A stretch of 64,000 nt of DNA, from the IMG/VR virus record IMGVR_UViG_3300042554_001750. The stretch is one strand, 5' to 3'. The position numbers were made by a program, and so were the translations under genes. This DNA is from a virus (Duplodnaviria; Caudoviricetes). The notes beneath the pieces were generated by a model. It was not told the DNA's origin. It searched no databases and saw only the letters and a list, made by a program, of their open reading frames with translations. Every line of letters begins with the position of its first letter. Position 1 is the stretch's first letter. Below are positions 45,901 through 55,015 of the stretch, in pieces.

Positions 45901-46031
45901 GGAGTTGTAGTTCCGCCCACTACCGTTGGATTAGAAGCGGGTTTAACAAGTGCCGTATCTGTTTGACGCTGAATTTGTCTTAAAATAGATGGGTCACTTC
46001 CGTTGACATTAGGTGCTGTATTTGCTGCCAT
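42903..46031 (-). CDS. Tail-fibre-like virion protein
   Basis: Repeated WTFD..GNL.LP modules; GNSNVAAYLPTYTGN; G/N/T/S-rich. Confidence 0.7.
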   Translation of the reverse strand: MAANTAPNVNGSDPSILRQIQRQTDTALVKPASNPTVVGGTTTPTVTSSGIRAVAPVVSGEDVIFPQSTTTTSSNSVTINSSVNNDTGDITTVYTTAGRITVNPINQVINQYTSIDSGVSQILAGTGVTITSTGASGTGVVTINATGGGGNGDYGNSNVAAYLPTYTGNIGAGNVNLSGNIIGSSTIEIDNRASGNSADINLYSADDITLQARDRATGSTSEGGDINIFAGDSAEDSDTSGGDVIIEAGNGGASNIDFGGSGGFIRIEAGDGGAASANYEALSGGSLTFSAGDAGGNGGNIALGASGGDVTINAGDSTGNGDSGGEIILNTGLAGANALAGRVQINIPSSANGNGGTWTFDGTGNLTLPDNTFAVNYANGTQVPLGAAQLGNVTFDDVTVQGDNELNLSAGPDYTANLAYLQVRAGDVASHIHFDTGNSEAYDLIVGNDDKFVQVSSTGNIIMSSYDGNTSYTWTLDTTGNLILAGGNSVIQSIANSSSEPLYPNVSTMVFTPDALLSSQSLVLDPTGPSHIHLRAPGANIDEPDANIFLGGEASSFEVGYYNGNVPNLYIHSNNNTWTFDTAGTLVFPRDTGPNTTDPILNIIGGANPTITSTDASLAGPANLGISALNTIFTGFTGDAIKIYPDDGEISSTANLQIWANSGGNTEYSWTFGNDGVLTLPQGSQISETANTSVNITANTNTWAFGVDGNLTLPGDLVAISASPAPVIRGFSSVSALQFTNGNSNVTINANSNTWTFDSTGNLIIPGSSGGFIKTVANASIGIAAVDNGTNNPAQLLSMTNAGAATSIVSAYATNATIQTNATGTINTWAFDSTGNLTLPGNAVAIKFANGSAAFGNIATINLNGNTSQVLLGNGAFAAIPSSSIIANGNSNVSIATANGNVTISAVGNTTMTVTGTGANVTGTLTSTGKIGYASGSTVTQTTNRSQGVTINSLAGTIITTSAVMVPNQVDAIVVNNNQVDPATDIVYAQVVSYHNGCYLVTPLPTSLVGNGFYLYLKNIDTFSTANEAVTIRFMVIKAPNA

Positions 46032-46072
46032 GAGCTAGTTTCCTTATTATAATTATAATGTATTTATCGTGG

Positions 46073-46105
46073 AAATGGAAAAAGCCCTAAGGGCTTTTTC
46101 CATTT
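46073..46105. terminator. Bidirectional terminator
   Basis: AAATGGAAAAAGCCC-TAA-GGGCTTTTTCCATTT. Confidence 0.85.
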
Positions 46106-46123
46106 TGAGCAATCTAAATCAGA

Positions 46124-47521
46124 TTACCAACTTGTTGTACCTGTGAACTTAGCCCAAGTATTTGTTGACACACATACATACAAGTTACCGCCCGTATCAT
46201 ATGCAGCCTGTCCTGCTGTTCCTGCACTTGTGTTTGCTACAGGAGCAGTAGTCCAAACTACAGTGTTTGCGTTGATAACTGGAAGAGCAACGAATGTACC
46301 ATTGCCGGTTAGGACATTTGAAACGTTGCCGTCTAAGTTAGTAGCAACAATGTTTCCAAATGCGGCTGAACCATTAGCAAAGTTAATTGCTACAGTATTT
46401 CCGGGCAATTGTAAGTTACCATCATTGCCGAATGTCCATGTTGTAGTTCCGTTTGCAGTAATTGTGACATTACCGTTAGCGGTAGCAATATTAAGATTGC
46501 TATTACCATTTGATAGTGGTAAACCACCTCCACCGGCTTGTGCTACCCAAGCACCATTGCCTCCTAGTACTTGATTACCATTACCGTTTAGGTTGATACC
46601 AGCAATATTACCTAAACCAGTGACATTACCTGCAGGTAAACCATGTGCAAACGCTAAATCACCTACAAAATAAGTCGCATCTACTCTTGATACTGTTAAT
46701 ATTCCGTCTGCTGGATTATATTGAAAATCATCATCAATATCATTGTGTAATGTATAGTCATTAGGACCGGTTGTTAAAACCACATGATAACTAAAATTAT
46801 TACTTACAGCTTCTACATAAACACTATTTGCAAATTCTGCATTTTGAACTGTGCCACTTACATTTGCCCCATTAATGTTAGATAAATTTCCACCGTCCCC
46901 GGTTAAACTAACTGATGGGCTAGCAGCAAACACGCCGTTACCATATAGTATATTGCTTGTATTGCCGTCTAAATTTAACTCAGCTATGTTTCCGATATTA
47001 TTTGCAGAAATATTACCAGTAACGCTGATGTTTCCTGCTGTTAAATTTCCTGTATATGTTGGTAAATAACTAGCAACATTACTGTTACCATAAGACGTAC
47101 CATCTGCTACCCAACTTAAATTACCTGTACCGTCGGTTCTTAAAATTTGTCCTACTGATCCGCCTAGTATTCTAACATTTGCAACACTACCTAAATTTAC
47201 AGTGCCGCCTACAGTTAAGCTTGTTAAAGTACCAACACTTGTAATGTTTGGTTGTGCTGCATTGGTTACAGATTGAGAATAGATTGATGAATTTGCGCTA
47301 GGGAAACCGTTGCCTGCGTTGTTCAAAATTAAGTTACCAACAATCTGCAAGTTTGCTTTTTGCGTTGTTGGAGTCCCTGCCATGTTAACTACTGGCACTA
47401 GTGTATTTTGATTTAAACTATTGCCGATGTTTGTTAACTCAGTAATTTTTATTTGCGTTGTCATTTTTATTATCCTATTTATTATGCAAATGCTACACCG
47501 TTCTGTCCTATGCAATACCAT
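46124..47521 (-). CDS. Tail-fibre-like virion protein
   Basis: Shares modules with 42903-46031 and 1-1787; C-terminal LYVCVSTNTW. Confidence 0.7.
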   Translation of the reverse strand: MVLHRTERCSICIINRIIKMTTQIKITELTNIGNSLNQNTLVPVVNMAGTPTTQKANLQIVGNLILNNAGNGFPSANSSIYSQSVTNAAQPNITSVGTLTSLTVGGTVNLGSVANVRILGGSVGQILRTDGTGNLSWVADGTSYGNSNVASYLPTYTGNLTAGNISVTGNISANNIGNIAELNLDGNTSNILYGNGVFAASPSVSLTGDGGNLSNINGANVSGTVQNAEFANSVYVEAVSNNFSYHVVLTTGPNDYTLHNDIDDDFQYNPADGILTVSRVDATYFVGDLAFAHGLPAGNVTGLGNIAGINLNGNGNQVLGGNGAWVAQAGGGGLPLSNGNSNLNIATANGNVTITANGTTTWTFGNDGNLQLPGNTVAINFANGSAAFGNIVATNLDGNVSNVLTGNGTFVALPVINANTVVWTTAPVANTSAGTAGQAAYDTGGNLYVCVSTNTWAKFTGTTSW

Positions 47522-48582
47522 TTACTGTTTATATATTGCAAGGTGCATCCATCACCTATATCACCGAATGTGATTGTACCTGTTCCTGATGTTTTCCATC
47601 CAGCGTTTGTGACTGTGATTACCATGTCACCGCCGTCAGCTACCATCATAAATGTTTTGATTAATCCTGCGGTGCCAGCAGCTAATGTTGCTGTGCTAGC
47701 ACCAGTTGTTGTAAAATAACTAGCCGTTACTAATAAATTAGCAGCACTACCACTAGTTAAATTTTCACTACCACTTAAAGTAAGTTGACCAGTAACTGGA
47801 ACATTTGCTTTTAATTCTATACCGATCGTTCCTGATGTTACCACTGGGCTACTGGTTACATTCAATGTTGAACTAGAAACCCCTACACTGGTAACTGTGC
47901 CACCTGCTAGTGTAGTAGAAACTGTAACTTCTCCATTACTTCCACTTAGTAAAATACCAGTACCTGCACTTAACCGGGTTACACCGGTATTAGTAACTGT
48001 CATTGTTCCGCTGCTGGTTATTGGACTTCCTGTAACTTGTATTCCTGTGCCAGGAGTAATACCTACACTTGTAACTGTACCGACACTAGCACCATTGCTT
48101 GCCGCTGTTATTCTACCATACGAATCAACAGTAAAAGTAGGATATGTATATTGTCCTGCAACTACACCCGTGGTCGTCAAGTCTAATGTTATACTACCTG
48201 CTCCGACAATGGGGTTACCTGCGGCTGTAATTCTTGCATTGCCTGCAGCACCAAAAACACTAATGCTAGTAACTGTTCCGCCACCGTTACCACCGCCACC
48301 AGTACTACTAATCGTAACTTGGCCATTGCTTCCACTTAAAACAACACCAGATCCTGCAACTAAAGAAGTTACTCCTGTGTTGGTTATCGTTACAATACCG
48401 GTAGTAGAATTTGCAGATGCAGAAATTCCTGCACCACTGTTAAAAGTGTTATATGGACTGGCACAAGCAAATAAATTGTTAAAATTTTGCTTTGTTTTGT
48501 TGAAGGCATCGTATAAACTGTCGCTGCCTACGGATTCATTGGGTAATCCTACATTAATTACTTGTTGTCCGGAAATCGCCAT
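47482..48582 (-). CDS. Virion structural protein with GVTS/GTVTSV repeats
   Basis: N-terminal INVG.PN...GSD.L..AF.K...NF (gp9/gp10-like start); TVDSYGRITAA. Confidence 0.65.
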   Translation of the reverse strand: MAISGQQVINVGLPNESVGSDSLYDAFNKTKQNFNNLFACASPYNTFNSGAGISASANSTTGIVTITNTGVTSLVAGSGVVLSGSNGQVTISSTGGGGNGGGTVTSISVFGAAGNARITAAGNPIVGAGSITLDLTTTGVVAGQYTYPTFTVDSYGRITAASNGASVGTVTSVGITPGTGIQVTGSPITSSGTMTVTNTGVTRLSAGTGILLSGSNGEVTVSTTLAGGTVTSVGVSSSTLNVTSSPVVTSGTIGIELKANVPVTGQLTLSGSENLTSGSAANLLVTASYFTTTGASTATLAAGTAGLIKTFMMVADGGDMVITVTNAGWKTSGTGTITFGDIGDGCTLQYINSKWYCIGQNGVAFA

Positions 48583-48608
48583 AGAAAAAGTTCCTCATAG
48601 TGTATTTA

Positions 48609-48947
48609 TCACACACTAAAGGAACTTCCACATCCGCAAGTAGTAGTAGAATTAGGATTGTTAATTACAAAACTTGAACCTAACAGTTCTTCTTTATAAT
48701 GAACTTCGGCTCCCTCTAGATATTGCATGCTCATACTGTCAACCAGGACACTTGTGGATCCTGCAGGAATTACAAAATCATCGTCATTTTGCTCGGTATC
48801 AAGTGTAAATCCATAGCTAAATCCTGCGCATCCGCCTCCCTGTATAAACATTCTTAATTTGATGTTTGGATCGTTATTTTCTGCAATAATATCACTAATC
48901 TTTAGTGATGCCTCTTTTGTTAATGTAATCATAAATTCTTCCCCCAT
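48609..48947 (-). CDS. erpA: A-type Fe-S cluster carrier (ErpA/IscA)
   Basis: GGGCAGFSYGF, VDSMS..YL.GA, CGCGSSF. Confidence 0.92.
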   Translation of the reverse strand: MGEEFMITLTKEASLKISDIIAENNDPNIKLRMFIQGGGCAGFSYGFTLDTEQNDDDFVIPAGSTSVLVDSMSMQYLEGAEVHYKEELLGSSFVINNPNSTTTCGCGSSFSV

Positions 48948-49498
48948 CTAGTGTTTATATAAACCCAATTGATTATTTTCCAGGTATTTTCTAAATATTG
49001 CTTCTTGTCAGCTTGGTAGTCTAAGGACCAAGCGTGTTCCCACCAATCAACTAACAATAGTATATCGTCACGGACTTCGTGGTTTACGATAGTTTTTATG
49101 TCACCGTTGTAAGACAAGTAAATCCAACCTGACCCTTGAATTTTCATTGCTTCAGTTTTGAACTGTTCTTTGAAATCTCTCCAATAACCATACTTGCGTT
49201 TGATAAGATTCAATACAGGTCCGTTGGGACTATTATCATCTTGTGGTTTACGGAACTGGGCAAAATAGATATTATGAAGGAATACACCGGCATAATTGAA
49301 TTCACTATCACCTTCTCCGGCGTTATATCGTTTAGCATATCCTTTAGCTAAACTATCAAAATGGTAATCCAGTGTTGCTTTAGACAACACTGGATTTAAA
49401 TCCGTGAGGGAATATTTAAGTTTATCTAACTCTATTCTCTTTTTCTTGGATTCTTCTATGCGCTCTACAATGTCATACATTATAGAGTATTTAGTCAC
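48929..49498 (-). CDS. sod: Fe/Mn superoxide dismutase (Mn-type signature)
   Basis: Ligands DYH, FLHN and DWWEHA retained; QGSGW; start may be ATG 49480. Confidence 0.88.
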   Translation of the reverse strand: MTKYSIMYDIVERIEESKKKRIELDKLKYSLTDLNPVLSKATLDYHFDSLAKGYAKRYNAGEGDSEFNYAGVFLHNIYFAQFRKPQDDNSPNGPVLNLIKRKYGYWRDFKEQFKTEAMKIQGSGWIYLSYNGDIKTIVNHEVRDDILLLVDWWEHAWSLDYQADKKQYLENTWKIINWVYINTRWGKNL

Positions 49499-49707
49499 CT
49501 GCGGCGAGTGATTCTACCTTTTGTTAGGTCATATGGACTCAAGTCTAATTCAACTGTATCACCCAATAAGATTTTAATGTCATGCTGCCGCATCTTTCCG
49601 GATATGTATCCTAGAATTACTCCATTGCCCACTTTAACTTTAAATGTGGCATTAGGCAACACATCAACTACTTGACCTTCTACTTTAATTGCTTCTTCTT
49701 TAGCCAT
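49495..49707 (-). CDS. infA: Translation initiation factor IF-1
   Basis: AKEEAI.VEG.V...LPNA.FKV...[28 protein letters not shown]. Confidence 0.96.
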   Translation of the reverse strand: MAKEEAIKVEGQVVDVLPNATFKVKVGNGVILGYISGKMRQHDIKILLGDTVELDLSPYDLTKGRITRRR

Positions 49708-49729
49708 GATTTTTAGCTATATTCTCCCT

Positions 49730-50110
49730 TTAACCTCTACGCATGGTGCTAATGTCCTTGGCTTGCTGGTCACTGAAGATTGGAACAGCGTTGGACTTGT
49801 GCATGGTACCGATACCGATAATCTTATCTCCGGTATATTGTTGTGTTTGTTTGACATTAACGGCCCCAGTAACCCAAGAATTAAGACTGGGGATTTTTTT
49901 AGTATCAGCAGTCTTGGTTACTGTACCGATCTTTTTAACTGTAAATGATTTGGGTGCAGGCTTGCTCATAGATTTCCATTTAGCCTGATTTTCTTCCCAA
50001 AGAGCCTGAAGGTCACGGGCCTTACGGGCCTCCTCAGCATTACGGAACTTTTGTTTACCCTTACGCTTGCCTGACATAGACAACCATGGGCCTTCAAGAT
50101 GCATGGTCAT
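49730..50110 (-). CDS. Basic hypothetical protein
   Basis: YTGDKIIGIGTMHKSNAVPIF; early promoter TTGACA-17-TATACT on the minus strand at 50168-50140. Confidence 0.75.
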   Translation of the reverse strand: MTMHLEGPWLSMSGKRKGKQKFRNAEEARKARDLQALWEENQAKWKSMSKPAPKSFTVKKIGTVTKTADTKKIPSLNSWVTGAVNVKQTQQYTGDKIIGIGTMHKSNAVPIFSDQQAKDISTMRRG

Positions 50111-50170
50111 AACATTACCATATTAGTTATTACATGCATAGTATAGCAGAAAAGGCAATTATTGTCAAAT

Positions 50171-50608
50171 TCACTTCTTTAAAATATCCCATATCTTTTC
50201 TTTTTCAATAATCTCTTTTTCTAGTTCCATGTACTGTTTGCGTAAGTTACGCAATTCTTCCCATTTTTCTTCTAGTTGTTCGTTGGGGCGTAGTATCGCT
50301 AATTTTTCTTCAATCTTTTCTAAACTGTCAATAAGACTCTTGCCTTTGATTTTAATATCACCTTCAAAGTTTGCGTCACCGTTGACTTGTAGTGTATTTG
50401 ACAGATTGCCCCAATCTGCGATGGTGATAGTATCTGTGCCGGTTCCCGTTGATATAGTATTCCAATTATAACCCGGCGATGTATAAATTGGGGCTGTGTT
50501 ACTTGTTTGTGTTATAGTGTATATACCACTAGATCCACTGCCTAATGTATTAGTTCCACTGCCCAAAGTGATGGTCATGTCGTTAAAAGTATATGGATCA
50601 TTATTCAT
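50171..50608 (-). CDS. Hypothetical protein with C-terminal coiled coil
   Basis: LEKIEEKLAIL.PN..LEEKW. Confidence 0.7.
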   Translation of the reverse strand: MNNDPYTFNDMTITLGSGTNTLGSGSSGIYTITQTSNTAPIYTSPGYNWNTISTGTGTDTITIADWGNLSNTLQVNGDANFEGDIKIKGKSLIDSLEKIEEKLAILRPNEQLEEKWEELRNLRKQYMELEKEIIEKEKIWDILKK

Positions 50609-50796
50609 TTGTGTGCCTTTTTGATATACAATGTTCCATCTGAAGCTACTTCAAATTCAACATCATCTCCCTCTTGGAGCTTTAATGCGCGGAGTAGTTC
50701 TTCAGGAATAGGCAACAATAAATCACCAGTGGCGTCATCCTCTTGAATGATTACTTCATAACGAATTTGTGTTTTGGCAGGATCTTTTTTAGACAT
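50605..50796 (-). CDS. AbrB/MazE-like DNA-binding protein
   Basis: GDLLLPIPEELLRALKLQEGDDVEF. Confidence 0.78.
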   Translation of the reverse strand: MSKKDPAKTQIRYEVIIQEDDATGDLLLPIPEELLRALKLQEGDDVEFEVASDGTLYIKKAHK

Positions 50797-50844
50797 ACTG
50801 CATTCTATATAATTTTCGTTGAATATTATATATTATTGGGTAAA

Positions 50845-51405
50845 TTACCATGCGCGGCATGACCAATATCTTGCCTTCCAGCGTGGACCTGGATTATCGC
50901 AATTATGTCTAGCACGGAAGCTCTTGCGGCGTGCGGGATTTGATTTCTTTATTCGCATCTTTTTGTCACCAAAGTTCACTTTGACAACATTTCCCTTTGG
51001 ACCGCGAACATAAACTTTAGATTTCTTAACATCACCTGCCATTGGCTTGCCAAGTTGAACTTCTCTTCCCTGATACTTAGCCTCATCAATATCATTTACA
51101 GTATGCCAAAATTCTTTTATCCATTCTTCATCACCGTACTTGTCGCAGAATTCTTCTAATTCCATGCGCTCTGCATCATCATGCATTGCTTGTTTGGTCA
51201 TACCTTCGGTTAATTGCTTTTTAGCGTCAATTATTAAACTAAGTGCAGTTTCATCTATTTTTACAATTACGCCATCTTCTGTGATATCTTCAATGTATGT
51301 TTCTACTAATGTATCACCTAAATCAATTCCAACTATATCACCAACCTGTGGTTCGTGGTCAACTGAAATATCTTCTAATTTGTTAAGAAAGTCTCTGAAG
51401 TTCAT
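50845..51405 (-). CDS. Hypothetical protein: acidic N-terminus, basic Cys-containing C-terminal domain
   Basis: KVNFGD...RRKSFRARHNC...ARYWSC. Confidence 0.72.
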   Translation of the reverse strand: MNFRDFLNKLEDISVDHEPQVGDIVGIDLGDTLVETYIEDITEDGVIVKIDETALSLIIDAKKQLTEGMTKQAMHDDAERMELEEFCDKYGDEEWIKEFWHTVNDIDEAKYQGREVQLGKPMAGDVKKSKVYVRGPKGNVVKVNFGDKKMRIKKSNPARRKSFRARHNCDNPGPRWKARYWSCRAW

Positions 51406-51422
51406 AATTATTTCCTGATCTT

Positions 51423-51995
51423 TTATTTATTCAAAAATGGACGATAAATCTTTTCTAATTGTTTTATGGTTTCTGTAGCAGAGTTAGGATCCTCATGCTC
51501 ATCTTCATGCTTGACTGCGATGCCACCGGCGTTTCGCCAAGCTTGCAAATATTTGCCAAAGTCATCTACTAAGACTTGAGGTTGTCCGTCCTTCATAGCA
51601 TACTTGTACTTTTCACCAGTAAAAATAGCGTTACCTGAAGTTCCTGGATTGTATTGATCTAGCCAATCTTTTTTAGCTTCAATACTAGCATCGTTATATG
51701 GTCCTCTTAGAGGAGCACTTAAAACAGTAAATGGTATTTTATTTTGATGTAGCCAAGCTACAACTTTATTACCACCTTTTAAGGGCTTCAAATCTCTAAA
51801 AAAGTCATACACTTCTTTTGCTGAACTGTTTGCTAAAATCTCAATTTCTTTTTCTTTGTCATTGATTGCCTTCCAATGACCGACTTTATTTCTTTCAGCC
51901 CAGGCACCAAAGAAGTCAGCTTGCACCCCATCCATATCTAGATATAGATGTGGCATTTGTTTTAAATCTTCAAAAATAAAATCTTTAGCTCTCAT
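51423..51995 (-). CDS. 5'(3')-deoxyribonucleotidase, HAD family
   Basis: YLDMDGVQADF, LSAP, K..W, LVDD. Confidence 0.85.
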   Translation of the reverse strand: MRAKDFIFEDLKQMPHLYLDMDGVQADFFGAWAERNKVGHWKAINDKEKEIEILANSSAKEVYDFFRDLKPLKGGNKVVAWLHQNKIPFTVLSAPLRGPYNDASIEAKKDWLDQYNPGTSGNAIFTGEKYKYAMKDGQPQVLVDDFGKYLQAWRNAGGIAVKHEDEHEDPNSATETIKQLEKIYRPFLNK

Positions 51996-52399
51996 TAGTC
52001 ATCTCCGGCAGCATCTTTAACTTCTTGTGCTGTTGCCTTTCGTCCTTTAGGACCGCCTATAGGTTTGTTAGCTTCTTCGGCTGCCCGTTTAGCTGCCTCT
52101 TCTTCTTTGCGCTTTTTAAACGGATCTTGGTTAATATCCTGTTCGGCAATCATACGCTCTTTTTCAATAGTTTTACCACGCAATTGCATGACTGTTTCAA
52201 CTTTTTGATTGAGGCGTATCAAATCATTATCTAACATTCTGATGCGGTCAATCAATGCTATCAGGGTGCCATTGGCTTGACCAATCACGGGTTTAATTTC
52301 TGTAGTTACCCACTTCCAAACAAAGTATACGAAATACCCCATACCGACTGCTGCGATAATGGGGAATCCGTATTTGTTTACTAAATCAACTAGATCCAT
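51995..52399 (-). CDS. Single-TM membrane protein with coiled coil
   Basis: GFPIIAAVGMGYFVYFVW. Confidence 0.72.
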   Translation of the reverse strand: MDLVDLVNKYGFPIIAAVGMGYFVYFVWKWVTTEIKPVIGQANGTLIALIDRIRMLDNDLIRLNQKVETVMQLRGKTIEKERMIAEQDINQDPFKKRKEEEAAKRAAEEANKPIGGPKGRKATAQEVKDAAGDD

Positions 52400-52403
52400 A
52401 ATT

Positions 52404-52922
52404 TTATAGTATAAATGGTAACCACATCCATAGTGCCTGGCTTACGAATACAGACCCGACTGCTCCGACTACTACACTAATATAAAACATTGGCATACTA
52501 ACAGCAAGAATACTAGCAGTTAGCAGAACAATGGCGATCTGTAACACACTGCCGCCCCATGTAAACCAGGGTGACTTCTTGCGGGCTACCTCACGCTCGG
52601 CTTCGAGAGCCTTGGCCTTTTCCATAATTTCTTTCTTGTCTGCTTCCATACGGGCAGCTTCGGCTTCAAACTTGGCTTTGTTTTCAGGAATCTTGGCCTC
52701 CATTGCGGATGTTTCATATAGAACTTGACGCACATTTTTTGCTTGATACCAAGCCCACTGGTTATTAGCAGCAATTGTATTGTTCATAATTTTACTGCTA
52801 TTTTGACCACCTATCATAGTATTGATAGCCAATAATGCTGCAAAGAACACAATAACAAAGCCTGCTTTGTCTTTAATTTTAGCTTCTTTTTCACTTCTTG
52901 AAAGTGGTTTTACCTCTGACAT
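52404..52922 (-). CDS. DUF4337-like membrane protein
   Basis: AALLAI, NQWAWYQAK, LQIAIVL.TASIL. Confidence 0.72.
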   Translation of the reverse strand: MSEVKPLSRSEKEAKIKDKAGFVIVFFAALLAINTMIGGQNSSKIMNNTIAANNQWAWYQAKNVRQVLYETSAMEAKIPENKAKFEAEAARMEADKKEIMEKAKALEAEREVARKKSPWFTWGGSVLQIAIVLLTASILAVSMPMFYISVVVGAVGSVFVSQALWMWLPFIL

Positions 52923-52946
52923 TTTATTTCCTTTATGGTTATTATG

Positions 52947-53228
52947 TTAATCTTTTCTTTGGTCTGCTTGTTCTGCTCTTGACAAACGGTCATAATCAGG
53001 CTGTAATCCCAATGCATGACTGACTTTAACATCAATTCTTTGTAATTGATTAGTCATGGTATCCACCCGAGCGTCAAGGCCCTTAATAATTCCGCCCATG
53101 CCGTTAACACTAGAAGTTACCCCGGCAAGTATAAATTTTAGTGTTAAAAACACGAAATATCCAGCCCCTAAAGCAGCAGCGATAGGGAATCCCAATTCAG
53201 CGATAAGTTTTAGCATGTCCATACGCAT
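52947..53228 (-). CDS. Single-TM membrane protein, paralog of 51995-52399
   Basis: GFPIAAALGAGYFVFL. Confidence 0.72.
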   Translation of the reverse strand: MRMDMLKLIAELGFPIAAALGAGYFVFLTLKFILAGVTSSVNGMGGIIKGLDARVDTMTNQLQRIDVKVSHALGLQPDYDRLSRAEQADQRKD

Positions 53229-53274
53229 ATTTATCTAAAAAATAATATATGCGTACACATATACTAAATACCAT

Positions 53275-53646
53275 ATGGACGGTATTGTCATAATGCTATT
53301 GCTCCAAATAAAGCATTGGTATGCTGATTTTTGGATTCAAACATATCATCAAACGGTTTATAAAGGCGTTTATGGGAATCCTGTGGGTATCAGTCATACA
53401 TTAGAACATACCATTGGAACAGTTTTAGCATTGCTGATAGCTAACAGTTTTGTTCCTATATCAGTCTCCGTGATTATCTTACTATCGCTTTTGGATTTTA
53501 TAATCCACTATCATGTTGATTTTGTCAAAGTTAAATATGGCATTAAAGACAATAAAACCACAAGATACTGGCGAGAGTTTGGTCTAGACCAACTTGCACA
53601 CCAGCTTACATACATTTTAATAACCTACATTATAATTAGTCGTTGA
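53275..53646 (+). CDS. DUF3307-like membrane protein
   Basis: KHWYADFWIQT, H, HYHVD, GLDQLAHQ. Confidence 0.78.
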   Translation: MDGIVIMLLLQIKHWYADFWIQTYHQTVYKGVYGNPVGISHTLEHTIGTVLALLIANSFVPISVSVIILLSLLDFIIHYHVDFVKVKYGIKDNKTTRYWREFGLDQLAHQLTYILITYIIISR

Positions 53647-53706
53647 GATTACTCCCCAGTTTTATATAAATACAAGTATACTAAAAACTAAATTTGGGAG
53701 TAATTT

Positions 53707-54177
53707 ATGAAAAGAATCCTATTAGGATTGTTGTTCATGCCGGTTGTAGCATCTGCACAACTTGTACAACAGTTTAAAAATCCGGCTTTCAATAGCCAGG
53801 GTTGGAGCAGCCATGCACTTACGATTGATAGTATAGAAAAAAGTCGCAAGGATGCTATAGCTGCCGAGAAAAAGGCTGAGTTAGCAGCATTAGAAGCAGC
53901 AGCACAAAATACACCTTTAGCTAGATTTATGAATTTGTTCAGCAGCCAAGTGTATGCGCAACTTGCTACTCAATTAAGTAATAATTTATTTCAGAACAAA
54001 TGTGCTGGAGTAGCCGGGCCTATTCCGGGTTGTGTCAATCCAACTACCGGACAGTTTCAATTAGACGGCAATACGGTTACATGGGTTAAAACAGATAAAG
54101 AAGTAACATTAACTGTTGTTGATGCCAAAGGTACAATCACAATTGTTAAAGTACCTATAGCAAGTTTTGGATTCTAA
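53707..54177 (+). CDS. csgF: CsgF-like curli assembly component
   Basis: Signal peptide; LVQQFKNPAFN; SQVYAQL..QL; IVKVP. Confidence 0.72.
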   Translation: MKRILLGLLFMPVVASAQLVQQFKNPAFNSQGWSSHALTIDSIEKSRKDAIAAEKKAELAALEAAAQNTPLARFMNLFSSQVYAQLATQLSNNLFQNKCAGVAGPIPGCVNPTTGQFQLDGNTVTWVKTDKEVTLTVVDAKGTITIVKVPIASFGF

Positions 54178-54178
54178 T

Positions 54179-54991
54179 ATGAAATATACTAAAATATTAA
54201 TTGCGTGTTTATCAGCCTTAGCATTTACTGGATGTAGTACTATAAGACCTATGCAGGATTTAGAAAGAACTACGGAACCTAGAATTGCTGAAAATATTAA
54301 TGAAAGTTTTAAGGATGTTGCAGCGCCTGCAGGCCCACCAGTTGTAGTGGCTGTGTATGGCTTCAAGGATCTGACAGGACAGCGTAAGCCTAGCACTACA
54401 CTAAGCAGTTTCAGCAGTGCAGTTACACAAGGCGCTGAAAGTTATCTAATTAAGAGTTTACAGGAAGTTGGCAACCGTCAGTGGTTTACTGTAGTTGAGC
54501 GTGTTGGTCTAGACAATCTGTTAAAAGAGCGTCAAATGATCAAACAAACCCGTGAAATCTATGATGGTGCCAATGCTAAGATGTTACCTCCTCTTGCACT
54601 AGCCGGAGTTATACTAGAAGGTGGAATCATTGATTACAATAGTCATACATTAACAGGCGGTACTGGTGCTCGTTGGTTAGGTATTGGACCATATACACAG
54701 TATACCCAAGATTTAGTTGTTATCAGTATGCGTTTAGTAAGTGTTCAAACCGGTGAAGTACTAACCACCGTAACCGTTGAAAGAGACCTACTAAGCACCG
54801 GAGAAGGTATAACAGCTTTAAGATTTTTCAATCAAGCAACTAAAGCTTTTGAATTTGACAGTAGCCAAACATACAACGAACCCGGCAACTATGCATTGCG
54901 TAGTGCCATAGAAACTGGGGTTGTTGAATTGATTCGCAAAGGAGAACGTCAGGGCCTTTGGAAGTACAAAACACCTGACACTAAAAAATAA
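54179..54991 (+). CDS. csgG: CsgG curli secretion lipoprotein
   Basis: Lipobox AFTGC; VAVYGFKDLTGQRKP, SSAVTQGA, WF.VVER.GL.NLL.ERQ, EGGII.Y. Confidence 0.92.
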   Translation: MKYTKILIACLSALAFTGCSTIRPMQDLERTTEPRIAENINESFKDVAAPAGPPVVVAVYGFKDLTGQRKPSTTLSSFSSAVTQGAESYLIKSLQEVGNRQWFTVVERVGLDNLLKERQMIKQTREIYDGANAKMLPPLALAGVILEGGIIDYNSHTLTGGTGARWLGIGPYTQYTQDLVVISMRLVSVQTGEVLTTVTVERDLLSTGEGITALRFFNQATKAFEFDSSQTYNEPGNYALRSAIETGVVELIRKGERQGLWKYKTPDTKK

Positions 54992-55015
54992 TAATAACAA
55001 GGGAGTATTCCTCAT

